From an uncultured bacterium (GTDB lineage Bacteria > Abyssobacteria > SURF-5): DNA of 33,781 nucleotides. The position numbers and the translations under genes were made by a program. The notes under the pieces are model-generated. The model was not told where the DNA came from, did not search any database, and worked only from the letters and a program-made list of their open reading frames with translations. Of this stretch, positions 11,252 to 20,050 are shown one piece after another. Within the stretch, counting starts at the first letter, position 1; the number at the start of each line of letters is the position of its first letter. The DNA is taken from the NCBI GenBank assembly GCA_964482745.1, contig CAYZZY010000003.1, positions 1 to 33,781 on the forward strand, read 5' to 3'.

Positions 11252-13381
11252 GTGCGAAAAAGAGCCCCGAACATAGTTGGTCCCGTCGCATTCTTCCTTT
11301 CAATGATTTTTGCCATTGCGATGATTTCTTCGGCTGCGGCCGAGCAAGCCCGTTCCGATACTTCCGAATATGAGTTTGTCAGCGAAAAGAAACCCGTATA
11401 TTTCTCGGGAGATCGCTTTTCGTACAATTTGGAAACCGGCATCGTAACAGGGAGCGGCAGCATAGTGGTTGTCCAGGGCGAAAGCAGATTGAGAGGCGAC
11501 GCGGTTACCATAAATCTTGCTGAGAAGACCGCCGAAATAGAGGGGAATGTGGTCGCCACCCGCCTTGAGCAAGTCATTGAGGGCGACAGGGGAACATATG
11601 ATTTTGAGAAAGGCGAGGGAATATTTGACAACGCCCGCGGGCATGCAGAACCCTGGTATGTTTCCGCTCACACGGTCGAACGTGAAGCGAGCGGACAATA
11701 TACCGTCGAGAATGGCACACTGACCACCTGCAATCTGCCGCAGCCCCATTATCTTCTCAGGTCAGGCTCGATTACCGTTACGCCGGATGAAAGGGTGGTC
11801 GCGCGGAGAAATTCTTTTTTGGTGCGCCGCCTCCCCGTCTTCTATCTTCCCTACTATTCCCATGGACTTGGGCCAGCTCGCCCGCCGTTCGATTTCAAAG
11901 CGGGAAGTCAGAGTGATCTTGGGGCGTACGCGACCATCGGGTACAATCTTGAATTGACCGAGGGAATCTCATTGAGACCGTACGTATCGGGCTTCACGAA
12001 GAGCGGTGTCGGCGGGGGAATGGAGGGGTATCTCAACCTGTTCGACGGCGACGGGCGCGGCACATTCGATTCGTTTTATATTTCCGACTTGAACGATGAC
12101 AACACCGATGAGCCCCGCATCCACCAGGACAGGGGAAAGGGCGACGTTTACTATCGCCAGGAACTTCCCTATGATCTGACGGCTCTCGTCCAGGTGGAAT
12201 ACATCAGCGACCGCGATTTTCTGAAGACATATGACTTCGATGAGTACTCCGAGAGGGAATCACCCGAAACGTTCTTCAACCTTGAACGAACCGCAGACCA
12301 CAACGTGATTTCGCTCACGGTGCGGGAGAGGCTGGCAAATTACATCACGGATGTCGAGCGCCAGCCGGAGTTGCGAGTGGATCTGCTCGAACAAAGGATA
12401 GGCGACTCGGGTCTGTTCTTCAGCGCCGCCAACTATGCCTCCTATTTGAATGTCGAACCTCGCGGCCCCGAATCGGCGCGAAACTTCACCGAAGGGCGTC
12501 TTTCATACCCGCTTCATCTGTGGCGGTGGCTCGGCCTTGTGCCATACCTCGAGGGCGACGCCACATACTATTCGAAGACGCCGGTCGAAGATGATGAATA
12601 CAGAGGATCCTGGGAGACGGGAGTCGTCGGCCAGTCCCGTTTCCATAAAGTCTATGGCTCGCCGTTTAAGCGATACTCGGCATTCAGACACCTTTTCGTT
12701 CCGACGCTGACCTACCGTTTCAGGCCCACTCCCGACGAAGAACCCGCGGAACTTTATCAGTTTGATTCTATAGATGCCGTCGATCGTATGAACATGTTCG
12801 AGGTGGAACTGAAGAACTATTTGCAGGCCAGGCAGCAAGATGGCCAGAGCATCGAACTGGCACAATATAACCTTACGGCGGGGATGGAATTTGACGACGG
12901 GGAAGACCAGCTTGCTTTGCTCGAGAACGAATTCCTGATACGGCCGGCGCCCAACTGGGAGCTTGCGCTCAAGGCCGTCAATGACTTCAGGGACGAGACG
13001 CGCTACGACCTTGTCAGCGGCGTCGTAGGGTATACAAGACCAGGCAGTTTCAAGGCGACCGCCGGCGTGATTCATGACGACACCGTCCTGGAGCCATACG
13101 AGACCCAGATAATGTATTCTCTGGGCAAAGCGTTTGGCCCGAAATGGAATGCCGGCATCGAGCAGCGCTATGATCTCGCTCAAGAGGAACTTTCGTATCA
13201 GGAATTATGGGTGTGGCGCGATCTGCACTGCTGGGAAGTTATGGTCAGAGTAAGAGACAGACGGGAAGCCACCTCGGTAATGTTCCTGGTCAACATCAAA
13301 GCTTTTCCACTGGGAGAGATCGAACGCAAGAAGGCATTGCAGCCAATAGGGGGAAACCATCCATGGCCAACGCGCTGGTGA
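11252..13381 (+). CDS. lptD: LPS-assembly outer-membrane protein LptD (OstA family)
   Basis: 709 aa. It has a signal peptide (FFLSMIFAIAMISSAAAEQ), an N-terminal OstA-like beta-jellyroll segment (GDRFSYNLETGIVTGSGSIVVVQGESRLRGDAVTINL) and the TTCNLPQPHY...LPVFYLPYY motif typical of LptD. The C-terminus is long and beta-rich. GTG start. Confidence 0.8.
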   Translation: MRKRAPNIVGPVAFFLSMIFAIAMISSAAAEQARSDTSEYEFVSEKKPVYFSGDRFSYNLETGIVTGSGSIVVVQGESRLRGDAVTINLAEKTAEIEGNVVATRLEQVIEGDRGTYDFEKGEGIFDNARGHAEPWYVSAHTVEREASGQYTVENGTLTTCNLPQPHYLLRSGSITVTPDERVVARRNSFLVRRLPVFYLPYYSHGLGPARPPFDFKAGSQSDLGAYATIGYNLELTEGISLRPYVSGFTKSGVGGGMEGYLNLFDGDGRGTFDSFYISDLNDDNTDEPRIHQDRGKGDVYYRQELPYDLTALVQVEYISDRDFLKTYDFDEYSERESPETFFNLERTADHNVISLTVRERLANYITDVERQPELRVDLLEQRIGDSGLFFSAANYASYLNVEPRGPESARNFTEGRLSYPLHLWRWLGLVPYLEGDATYYSKTPVEDDEYRGSWETGVVGQSRFHKVYGSPFKRYSAFRHLFVPTLTYRFRPTPDEEPAELYQFDSIDAVDRMNMFEVELKNYLQARQQDGQSIELAQYNLTAGMEFDDGEDQLALLENEFLIRPAPNWELALKAVNDFRDETRYDLVSGVVGYTRPGSFKATAGVIHDDTVLEPYETQIMYSLGKAFGPKWNAGIEQRYDLAQEELSYQELWVWRDLHCWEVMVRVRDRREATSVMFLVNIKAFPLGEIERKKALQPIGGNHPWPTRW

Positions 13382-14325
13382 CAGGAGGCGCGGGTTTTAT
13401 CGGCTCGCATCTGTCAGAAGCCCTGCTCAAGCGAGGAGATTCCGTGACCGTGCTCGATGATCTTTCGACCGGAAGTCGCGAGAATATCGAGTTTCTTGAG
13501 GATAATCCCGGTTTTCACTTCGTACTCGATACGGTGATGGATTATGATGTCGTGAATCGCCTCGTCGCGCAACACGACATCGTTTATCACATGGCGGCCG
13601 CGGTCGGCGTCAAATACATCATTGAGAATCCGCTTGCCTCTCTGCGCATCAACACTAAGGGCGCCGAAAACATATTCGAGGCGGCCAACCTGCACAAACG
13701 CAAGGTGATACTTGCATCCACTTCGGAAGTCTACGGGAAAAACGAAAAAGACCAATTGAGTGAGAACGACGACCGAATCCTCGGCTCGACCACCATATCA
13801 CGCTGGGGCTACTCGTGCACGAAGGCGTTTGATGAATTCATTGCTCTCGCATATTGGCGCGAAAAGAAGCTTCCCGTTGTGATCCTGCGATTCTTCAACA
13901 CGTGTGGGCCAAGACAGACAGGAGAATACGGAATGGTGATCCCTCGTTTCGTAAAGGCGGCGCTTCTGGGGCATGCGCTCAGAGTCTTCGGTGACGGAAA
14001 GCAGGTGCGCTGTTTTTCCTATGTCGACGACGTTCTCGGCGGCGTACTCGCCCTGGCGGAGCATCCCGAGGCGGAAGGAGAGATCTTTAACCTTGGATCG
14101 ACCGAGGCCGTGTCTATCGAGGATCTGGCCACGAAGATAATCAGGATGACCAAGAGCGCCTCCGAAATCGAGTACATTCCATATGAACGAGCGTATGAGA
14201 AGGGTTTTGAGGATCTGCGCCGGCGTGTTCCCGATATAAGCAAGGCCGGGAACATGGTAGGATTCGAACCGAAGACGTCCTTGGATGAGTTGCTGCGCCG
14301 GGTGATTGAATATTTCAAGAAATAG
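13363..14325 (+). CDS. NAD-dependent sugar-nucleotide epimerase/dehydratase (extended SDR, UXS/ArnA-like)
   Basis: The tracked ORF begins at 13207 inside lptD. The ATG at 13363 gives the canonical N-terminus MANALVTGGAGFIGSHL (Rossmann GxxGxxG). STSEVYG and the YSCTK catalytic Tyr/Lys are present. It overlaps the lptD end by 19 nt. Confidence 0.85.
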   Translation: MANALVTGGAGFIGSHLSEALLKRGDSVTVLDDLSTGSRENIEFLEDNPGFHFVLDTVMDYDVVNRLVAQHDIVYHMAAAVGVKYIIENPLASLRINTKGAENIFEAANLHKRKVILASTSEVYGKNEKDQLSENDDRILGSTTISRWGYSCTKAFDEFIALAYWREKKLPVVILRFFNTCGPRQTGEYGMVIPRFVKAALLGHALRVFGDGKQVRCFSYVDDVLGGVLALAEHPEAEGEIFNLGSTEAVSIEDLATKIIRMTKSASEIEYIPYERAYEKGFEDLRRRVPDISKAGNMVGFEPKTSLDELLRRVIEYFKK

Positions 14326-14400
14326 GTTGTGTGGTAAAGCTTCGGAGGATAATTGCCTCTCTGATGCTGCCCGGAAAGGAAAGACGTCCGGAAAACCGCT

Positions 14401-15351
14401 ATGAGCGTTTTAATAACAGGTATCGCCGGCTTTGCCGGTTCGCATCTGGCAGAACTTCTGCTGAATGATGGGGAAGAAGTAGGCGGCACTTTTCTGCAAG
14501 ATGAATCCCTTCGGAATATCGAATCGTTCAAGGCCGACCTGCGACTGTTTCCCTGTGACGTTCGAGACGCGGATGCAGTGAGACAAATGCTGGAAGAGGT
14601 CCGGCCCGAGGAGATCTATCACCTGGCTGCGATCGCCTTTATCCCCGCCTCGATAAACGATCCCCGGGCGACGTTTGAAACCAACCTCCTGGGGACCCTC
14701 AATCTGTTCGAGGCCGCGAAGGAAGTGGCGGATATTTCCCGGATTCTGTTTGTGGGCTCGGCCGATGAGTATGGGATGGTGGCGCGCGATGAGCTCCCGG
14801 TCACCGAAAACAACCCTCTGAGGCCTGCCAATCCCTATTCGGTGAGCAAGGTGAGCGCCAGCCTGCTTGCCTACCAGTACGGCCTGTCGGGGAACGCGCA
14901 TGTCGTGCGCACGCGGTCCTTTAATCATACGGGCCCGCGCCAGTCTTCACAGTTTGTCTGCTCCGACTTTGCACGACAGATTGTGGAAGCCGAGATGGGG
15001 AAAGGAACCCAGGAAATACATGTCGGGAACCTGAAGCCGAAGAGGGACTTCACCGACGTAAGGGATGTCGTACGCGCATATCGCGATGTCCTGAGGCGCG
15101 GAGAGCCGTGTGAGGTTTATAATATATGCTCGGGCACATCCGTGGGAATTGGAGAAATATTGGACATGCTGATTTCCGTTTCGGGGCGGCAGATAAGCGT
15201 GGTCGAGCAATCCGAGCGAAGTCGCAAGAGTGACGTGGACGAAGTCAGGGGAGATTTCGGAAAGATTGAGATGACCACAGGGTGGAGGCCATCCATTCCT
15301 CTAGAAAAGACATTGGAGGACATGGTTGAATACTGGCGGCAGATTGTCTAA
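14401..15351 (+). CDS. Extended-SDR sugar-nucleotide reductase/dehydratase (GDP-mannose dehydratase / Rmd-like)
   Basis: 316 aa with [12 protein letters not shown], the catalytic YSVSK, and FNHTGPRQ and [18 protein letters not shown] motifs. These are characteristic of the Gmd/Rmd branch. Substrate is not assignable by eye. Confidence 0.75.
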   Translation: MSVLITGIAGFAGSHLAELLLNDGEEVGGTFLQDESLRNIESFKADLRLFPCDVRDADAVRQMLEEVRPEEIYHLAAIAFIPASINDPRATFETNLLGTLNLFEAAKEVADISRILFVGSADEYGMVARDELPVTENNPLRPANPYSVSKVSASLLAYQYGLSGNAHVVRTRSFNHTGPRQSSQFVCSDFARQIVEAEMGKGTQEIHVGNLKPKRDFTDVRDVVRAYRDVLRRGEPCEVYNICSGTSVGIGEILDMLISVSGRQISVVEQSERSRKSDVDEVRGDFGKIEMTTGWRPSIPLEKTLEDMVEYWRQIV

Positions 15352-15363
15352 AGGAGGTATCCG

Positions 15364-16296
15364 TTGGCGAAAGTGCTCATAACCGGAGGGGCCGGATTTC
15401 TGGGATCGCATTTATGCGACAACTTTATACAGGAAGGGCACGAGGTGATATGTGTTGACAACCTTATCACTGGCAACCGCGATAATATTGCCCATCTTTT
15501 CGGCAATCCGCAATTTAGATTCCTCAAATGCGACGTGACGGAATACATATACGTGGCCGGGCCGCTCGATTACGTCCTTCATTTTGCCTCACCTGCCAGC
15601 CCCATTGACTATCTGGAGCTTCCGATCCAGACGCTGAAAGTCGGATCGCTCGGCACGCACAAAGCGCTCGGCCTTGCCAAAGACAAGGGTGCGCGCTTTT
15701 TGCTCGCTTCGACTTCAGAGGTATATGGGGATCCTTTGATCCATCCCCAACCCGAGAGCTACTGGGGAAATGTCAATCCAATCGGTCCTCGTGGGGTCTA
15801 TGATGAGGCAAAGCGTTTTGCCGAAGCGCTTGTCATGGCCTATTATCGAGCGCATGGGGTGGAGACGCGCATCGCCCGCATTTTCAATACATACGGTCCC
15901 AGGATGCGTCCCCATGACGGTCGTGTGGTATCCAATTTCATAACACAGGCGCTCAATGGGGAAGCGCTCTCCGTCTATGGGGACGGGAAACAGACGCGAA
16001 GTTTTTGTTATGTCGATGATCTGGTGAGCGGCATTTCCCGCTTGCTCTATTCAAGTGAGCCGGAGCCGGTAAACCTGGGTAATCCGCTGGAGATGACCGT
16101 GCTGGAGTTGGCCGGTCTTGTCCAGGAGATGGTCGAAAGCAAGAGTGATATTGTGATGCATCCGCTTCCCGTCGATGATCCCAAGGTCCGGCAACCCGAC
16201 ATATCGCGCGCGCGCGATATCCTGGGGTGGGAGCCGAAGGTCCCCCTGCGAGAAGGCCTGGCGAAGACGGTTGAATACTTTAAAAAGATGCTGTAG
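15364..16296 (+). CDS. uxs: UDP-glucuronate decarboxylase (UDP-xylose synthase family)
   Basis: 310 aa with [51 protein letters not shown] and [10 protein letters not shown]...DGRVVSNFI. This is a strong match to the UXS family signature. TTG start. Confidence 0.85.
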   Translation: MAKVLITGGAGFLGSHLCDNFIQEGHEVICVDNLITGNRDNIAHLFGNPQFRFLKCDVTEYIYVAGPLDYVLHFASPASPIDYLELPIQTLKVGSLGTHKALGLAKDKGARFLLASTSEVYGDPLIHPQPESYWGNVNPIGPRGVYDEAKRFAEALVMAYYRAHGVETRIARIFNTYGPRMRPHDGRVVSNFITQALNGEALSVYGDGKQTRSFCYVDDLVSGISRLLYSSEPEPVNLGNPLEMTVLELAGLVQEMVESKSDIVMHPLPVDDPKVRQPDISRARDILGWEPKVPLREGLAKTVEYFKKML

Positions 16297-16333
16297 CCCC
16301 GTCCCGGGGGCCCGGTATGATTTGAGGGATTCG

Positions 16334-16747
16334 ATGAATCAGAAAAATCAACAGGATGGGGAAGAAAAGCGTAAATATATACGATACGCATGCACAACGG
16401 AGTTGGAGACGATAGTCGATTTCAATCCGAAGGTGGCTCGCCGCGCTCTCGGCAACTATCCGCCCATAACGTTTCGCAAGGGCGAAAAAGCTGCGATCAG
16501 GAATATCAGCCAGAAGGGTATCTCAATCGAATTGGACCATCTTCTCCCGGCGGGGATCATCATAAAAATTGCCATTGACAATCCGGTCACCCCGCCAATC
16601 AAAACCGGCGCTCGCGTTATCTGGTCAAAAAAACAATCAGGTCCGAATAAGGGCTACGTCATGGGAATGGTGTACAAATATATGAGGGAAAAACACCGCC
16701 GCAATCTGGAAAAGCTTCTCGAGTTCCTCCAGGAAATCCCGGACTGA
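16334..16747 (+). CDS. Stand-alone PilZ-domain protein (putative c-di-GMP receptor)
   Basis: The tracked ORF starts at 16175 inside uxs; the ATG at 16334 gives a 137-aa protein. Both PilZ signature motifs are present: RKYIR (RxxxR) and NISQKG (D/NxSxxG). Confidence 0.8.
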   Translation: MNQKNQQDGEEKRKYIRYACTTELETIVDFNPKVARRALGNYPPITFRKGEKAAIRNISQKGISIELDHLLPAGIIIKIAIDNPVTPPIKTGARVIWSKKQSGPNKGYVMGMVYKYMREKHRRNLEKLLEFLQEIPD

Positions 16748-16859
16748 TCCGCAGCATGCACACCGCGACATAGCCGCAACCAAACATCGGGTCCGGATAT
16801 TGAATCTGCTCTACTCCCCGGAATATCCCCGTCACGACGATTCTTGCCGAAAGATGAAA

Positions 16860-16886
16860 GTTGGTGTGATCGAAACCACACAACCA
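16860..16886. terminator. Imperfect hairpin in a convergent intergenic region, possibly a bidirectional terminator
   Basis: GTTGGTGTG (16860-16868) pairs with CACACAACC (16877-16885) with one bulge. On the minus strand the hairpin is followed by TTTCATCTTT. It lies between the + strand PilZ gene and the last gene of the minus-strand cluster. Confidence 0.4.
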
Positions 16887-16937
16887 ATTTCTGCGATACA
16901 GCATGCTCGGTGGCGGGATTCGCTGATGCTGTTGCGG

Positions 16938-17237
16938 TTACCGTGATGATGGGGTTTGGTGTTTTATCGTGGTAATGCGCCCGGGTTCAGGCGTCCTGTC
17001 AACCCAAAAGCAGGCTTTGCTCAGACCCAGATGTAGAGGCTTCAATCCGAACTCGATGCCGCGAGCCAGTGTGTCGCCGACGATGTGCCCGGTGTCGACG
17101 TCCGGCTGACGGGGAGGTGTTTCGGAGGATACAGCCAGGCATGTAGTGGCCGACGTCAAGACAAAGAGCGCCAGCAGGGCGAGTGAGAGCGTCAGCTTCA
17201 GGAAAGCCCGGGAGGAAAGCCTTGTTGTAATTGTCAT
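16938..17237 (-). CDS. Small exported protein, unknown function
   Basis: I prefer the ATG at 17237 (M14 of the tracked 112-aa ORF). It gives MTITTRLSSRAFLKLTLSLALLALFVLTSATTCLAVSSE, a signal-peptide-like N-terminus. The start overlaps the upstream gene's stop as ATGA. No recognisable domain. Confidence 0.5.
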   Translation of the reverse strand: MTITTRLSSRAFLKLTLSLALLALFVLTSATTCLAVSSETPPRQPDVDTGHIVGDTLARGIEFGLKPLHLGLSKACFWVDRTPEPGRITTIKHQTPSSR

Positions 17238-17881
17238 GCTGATGTACCCCCTCTGCTGCTGAATTTGCTGTGCCAATGAAGCAGCTCGTTGATGTCAAAC
17301 TGAATTGTCTTCCTCTTTTTCTCGGATACCTGATAGAACGGGATGTCAACCTCATCAAGCCATCGATACATCTGTTCTACGGGTACACCAAGAGTATCGG
17401 CGGCATCGGTAATGCTCAATAATTGTCTGTCGCTGCAGTCCTCCTCACGACGCAGCCACACGCGTCTCTGCACCATGCGTCGATCTTCGTTTTCAGAATT
17501 GGCCGAAGTGCGCCTGTCCGCCATCCGGCGGTTGGATTTCCGCTTCTCGTTGGGGTCGTCGTTCAATTCCAGCACGATCACGCCGCTGGCCTTCGAGCAC
17601 GCCTCGGTCGCGGCGCCACCCCCAAGCATGGCGTCCGGGAGGTCCATATGCGGAACCTGAAGAGGAGTTACGGTCGCCAATATCTCCTCGTCGTCCTGAA
17701 TCTCCTCAGCCAGTTCATCGAATGCATCGAGTTCGGCGCGCTCTTCGTCGGCCTCGTCTTCCATGTCCTCATCAACGGTGTCAGGGGCGGGAGACCTGGT
17801 GGCAAGCGACATGACCAGACCGCTCAGAAAAAAAACAAAAAGGAGGGTAAACAGAAAGTAATCGAGCGACCCGAGTTGCAT
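17234..17881 (-). CDS. Membrane-anchored protein with a C-terminal excisionase/MerR-type helix-turn-helix
   Basis: 215 aa. It has an N-terminal TM helix (DYFLFTLLFVFFLSGLVMSLA), a strongly acidic segment (DEDMEDEADEERAELDAFDELAEEIQDDEE) and an Arg-rich segment with repeated DRR. The C-terminal sequence LLSITDAADTLGVPVEQMYRWLDEVDIPFYQV resembles the excisionase-family HTH. An AAAGGGGAA RBS lies upstream. Confidence 0.7.
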   Translation of the reverse strand: MQLGSLDYFLFTLLFVFFLSGLVMSLATRSPAPDTVDEDMEDEADEERAELDAFDELAEEIQDDEEILATVTPLQVPHMDLPDAMLGGGAATEACSKASGVIVLELNDDPNEKRKSNRRMADRRTSANSENEDRRMVQRRVWLRREEDCSDRQLLSITDAADTLGVPVEQMYRWLDEVDIPFYQVSEKKRKTIQFDINELLHWHSKFSSRGGTSA

Positions 17882-17900
17882 TCGCGTTCCCCTTTGTTGA

Positions 17901-18062
17901 CTATCCTCCCATCGAATCGAATGCTTCTGAAATCGAGTTGAGAAGGCTTACGGTCGTCATAAGGATATGAGTCTTATACAACCAGAGCAGAGCAAGCGCG
18001 ATTGCCACAGAGATATAATAAATGACTGTCCTCGTACGCTTTTTTCTCGAGACGCTGCTCAT
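17901..18062 (-). CDS. Small (53 aa) single-pass membrane protein, absent from the ORF track
   Basis: My own minus-strand translation is MSSVSRKKRTRTVIYYISVAIALALLWLYKTHILMTTVSLLNSISEAFDSMGG*. It has a basic N-terminus followed by one TM helix. A GAGGAG RBS lies 10 nt upstream of the ATG. It ends 19 nt before the next gene in the cluster. It competes with the + strand ORF 17967-18230, which looks non-protein-like. Confidence 0.45.
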   Translation of the reverse strand: MSSVSRKKRTRTVIYYISVAIALALLWLYKTHILMTTVSLLNSISEAFDSMGG

Positions 18063-18145
18063 TTGATTATGGCTCCTCGCGGTGTTCTACGATTCATTCT
18101 ACATTTTTTTATCAGAGAAATCAATGCAATGCTCCCGATCACCCT

Positions 18146-18442
18146 TTATTTTATTCTCTCGTTGCGGTTCTCCTCTCGGTCGGCGGATGCCAGGCGCTCC
18201 TTTAGGATTCCTGCAAATCGTCTTCCGTAAATAATGTCGTATGTATTATCCTTGTCAGGAAAAAGGCGCAGCACGGTTCGCTTGGTGGCGTTCATCAGAT
18301 CGAGCGCTTCATTGATGTTCATTTTTTCCTGTGCCAGCGCCATGGCAGTGAAATCCACGATGAGCCTCAATCGTCTCATTTTTCTTTCTTCTTCTCTGAG
18401 CGCATTCATTGATTCCATTGGATATTCAGGTCTCTTCGTCAA
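18146..18442 (-). CDS. Small helical protein, unknown function
   Basis: 98 aa with a TTG start (the alternative ATG at 18418 gives 90 aa), 9 nt downstream of the kinase stop. It is charged and helical (EEERKMRRLRLIVDFTAMALAQEKMNINEALDLMNATKR). No motif recognised. Confidence 0.55.
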   Translation of the reverse strand: MTKRPEYPMESMNALREEERKMRRLRLIVDFTAMALAQEKMNINEALDLMNATKRTVLRLFPDKDNTYDIIYGRRFAGILKERLASADREENRNERIK

Positions 18443-18451
18443 AACGGCCGG

Positions 18452-20020
18452 TTAAGGGTTTTGTAACGCATTCTCCACATTGCTGATTTCTTCTGAAAGC
18501 TCCGGGCCGAGAATATTTTCTATCGCGTCGGAGATAAGCGCGTTCTCCAGAGGCACAAAAACCTCTTCGACAGCATCTTCCGGTTCGGGCGCCTGCTTCT
18601 CTTCACATTCTCTTTCGATTCCGGCGCGATCCTCTTTGATCATATGTCTTGTGTTATTGAGTTCGTCCTTTTCGGCACGCAGGATTCTGGCCCTTTTTTT
18701 TTCCTCGGGAGTTGCATACAATGTCAGCTTGATTGTGTTGCGCCAGATTTTTGCGGTTCCCCCCGATTCCCCTTTAATGTGAATCCTCTCCAATTTCTCG
18801 CTTTGAATGTCGCAGAGCAGGGTTTCCCTGCTTTTGAGCACCAGCCGATCCGGCCACATATCTGACGGTCGAATCTCCTTCGACCTCTTTTCAAGCAAGG
18901 CGAGTTTCTTGTCGATCCTGAGAAGCTTCTCTTCACATGAGTCCGGTAGCGGCATGGGAGATGGCGACGGCAGCGCCAAATCCACGAGACCGGCGGGTTC
19001 AGCGAAATGAGGGTCTGCGGGCAACGCAACAAGGGCCATGTTCAGCGCAAGAAATCTGTCGATTGGAGGCGGCTTTCCCCCGCAACCAAACAGGTCGATG
19101 ATAAAATCTCTGCCTGCGGTAATAAGTACTAAGAGGGCGACTGCGGCCGCGCCCACCGTCATCAGCCGAAAAGCCGTCGATCGTTTCGCAGGCGCCGAAA
19201 TCGGCTGGCCCAGTTTAAATCGCTTGATGTCTTGAATGAGTTCCTGACAACTCTGGTAACGATCCTGGGGTTTCTTCGACATCATGTTGCGGATGACCTT
19301 CTCGATGCCTGCCGGAATATCAGGATTGATCGAACACGGCCACTGGGGCTCGGAGTCCCGTATCTTGTTCAGCAACATCAATGGGGAGTCAGCCTCAAAA
19401 GGGACTTTCCCGGTGAGGAGTTCATAGAAAACGATGCCGAGCGAATAGATGTCGCTCTGTGCGGTCGCTGTCTGGCCCACAGCCTGTTCCGGAGACATGT
19501 ATTCGGGCGTTCCGACAATGCCGCCGTCTATTGTAAGTCTTGTGGTCTTTTGCTGAAGGGCAAGGCCGAAGTCCGTGACTTTTATTCGGCCTGATTTGTC
19601 AATCATAATATTGCTGGGTTTAATGTCACGGTGCACGATGCCCTGCCCATGGGCATATTGAAGCGCGCCGGCCACCTGGAGAATAATGTTTATTGCCCTG
19701 TCGAGCGGAAGACGCCCATCCCTGTAGATGATTTCGTCGAGCGGCGGGCCCTCGATGAATTCCATCGTGTAGTAGTGTGTTCCGTCGTCCTGGCCGACAT
19801 CGAATATCTGGACGATATTGGGATGGTTGAGTTTTGCGATGGCACGGGCTTCGTTTTTAAACCGCTTAATGAAGGAAGGATTCGTTGTCAGGTGCTGGGG
19901 AAGCACCTTCATTGCGACCATGCGCCCGAGAGAGATCTGGTTGGCTTTGTAGACAACTCCCATCCCTCCCTTGCCGAGTTCCTTGAGGATTCTATAATTC
20001 CCTGTCTCTTTTCCGATCAT
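18452..20020 (-). CDS. Hanks-type Ser/Thr protein kinase with one TM helix and an extracytoplasmic C-terminal region
   Basis: 522 aa with the kinase motifs GKGGMGVVYKA, VAMKV, HRDIKPSN, DFGLA and GTPEYMSPEQ. A TM helix (FRLMTVGAAAVALLVLITAG) is followed by an unassigned tail of about 220 aa. Confidence 0.92.
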   Translation of the reverse strand: MIGKETGNYRILKELGKGGMGVVYKANQISLGRMVAMKVLPQHLTTNPSFIKRFKNEARAIAKLNHPNIVQIFDVGQDDGTHYYTMEFIEGPPLDEIIYRDGRLPLDRAINIILQVAGALQYAHGQGIVHRDIKPSNIMIDKSGRIKVTDFGLALQQKTTRLTIDGGIVGTPEYMSPEQAVGQTATAQSDIYSLGIVFYELLTGKVPFEADSPLMLLNKIRDSEPQWPCSINPDIPAGIEKVIRNMMSKKPQDRYQSCQELIQDIKRFKLGQPISAPAKRSTAFRLMTVGAAAVALLVLITAGRDFIIDLFGCGGKPPPIDRFLALNMALVALPADPHFAEPAGLVDLALPSPSPMPLPDSCEEKLLRIDKKLALLEKRSKEIRPSDMWPDRLVLKSRETLLCDIQSEKLERIHIKGESGGTAKIWRNTIKLTLYATPEEKKRARILRAEKDELNNTRHMIKEDRAGIERECEEKQAPEPEDAVEEVFVPLENALISDAIENILGPELSEEISNVENALQNP

Positions 20021-20050
20021 ATATTCTTCCGTCGACAGAATTGAATGTTC

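Noticed and set aside
13207-13362. 5'-extended versions of tracked ORFs (13207, 16175, 30825, 21269, 20950, 17276, 3412, 33384) that overlap the upstream gene or an intergenic region.
   Set aside because: In each case an internal start gives the canonical family N-terminus or a signal peptide and has a better RBS. Examples are MANALVTGGAGFIG, the PilZ RxxxR context, and MLKQIHHTG after AAGGAGG. The extensions translate to non-protein-like sequence.
14260-14270. GGTTCGAATCC (minus strand), the classic tRNA T-arm sequence.
   Set aside because: It lies inside the SDR coding sequence (encoding VGFEPK). The flanking bases cannot form a T-stem or an acceptor stem, so there is no tRNA.
17967-18230. 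The + strand 87-aa ORF in the gap between the HTH gene and the 98-aa gene.
   Set aside because: It is antisense to the surrounding operon, has no RBS, and has an odd composition (Arg/Ile/Phe/Ser-rich). It overlaps both the better-supported minus-strand 53-aa ORF and the 98-aa gene.
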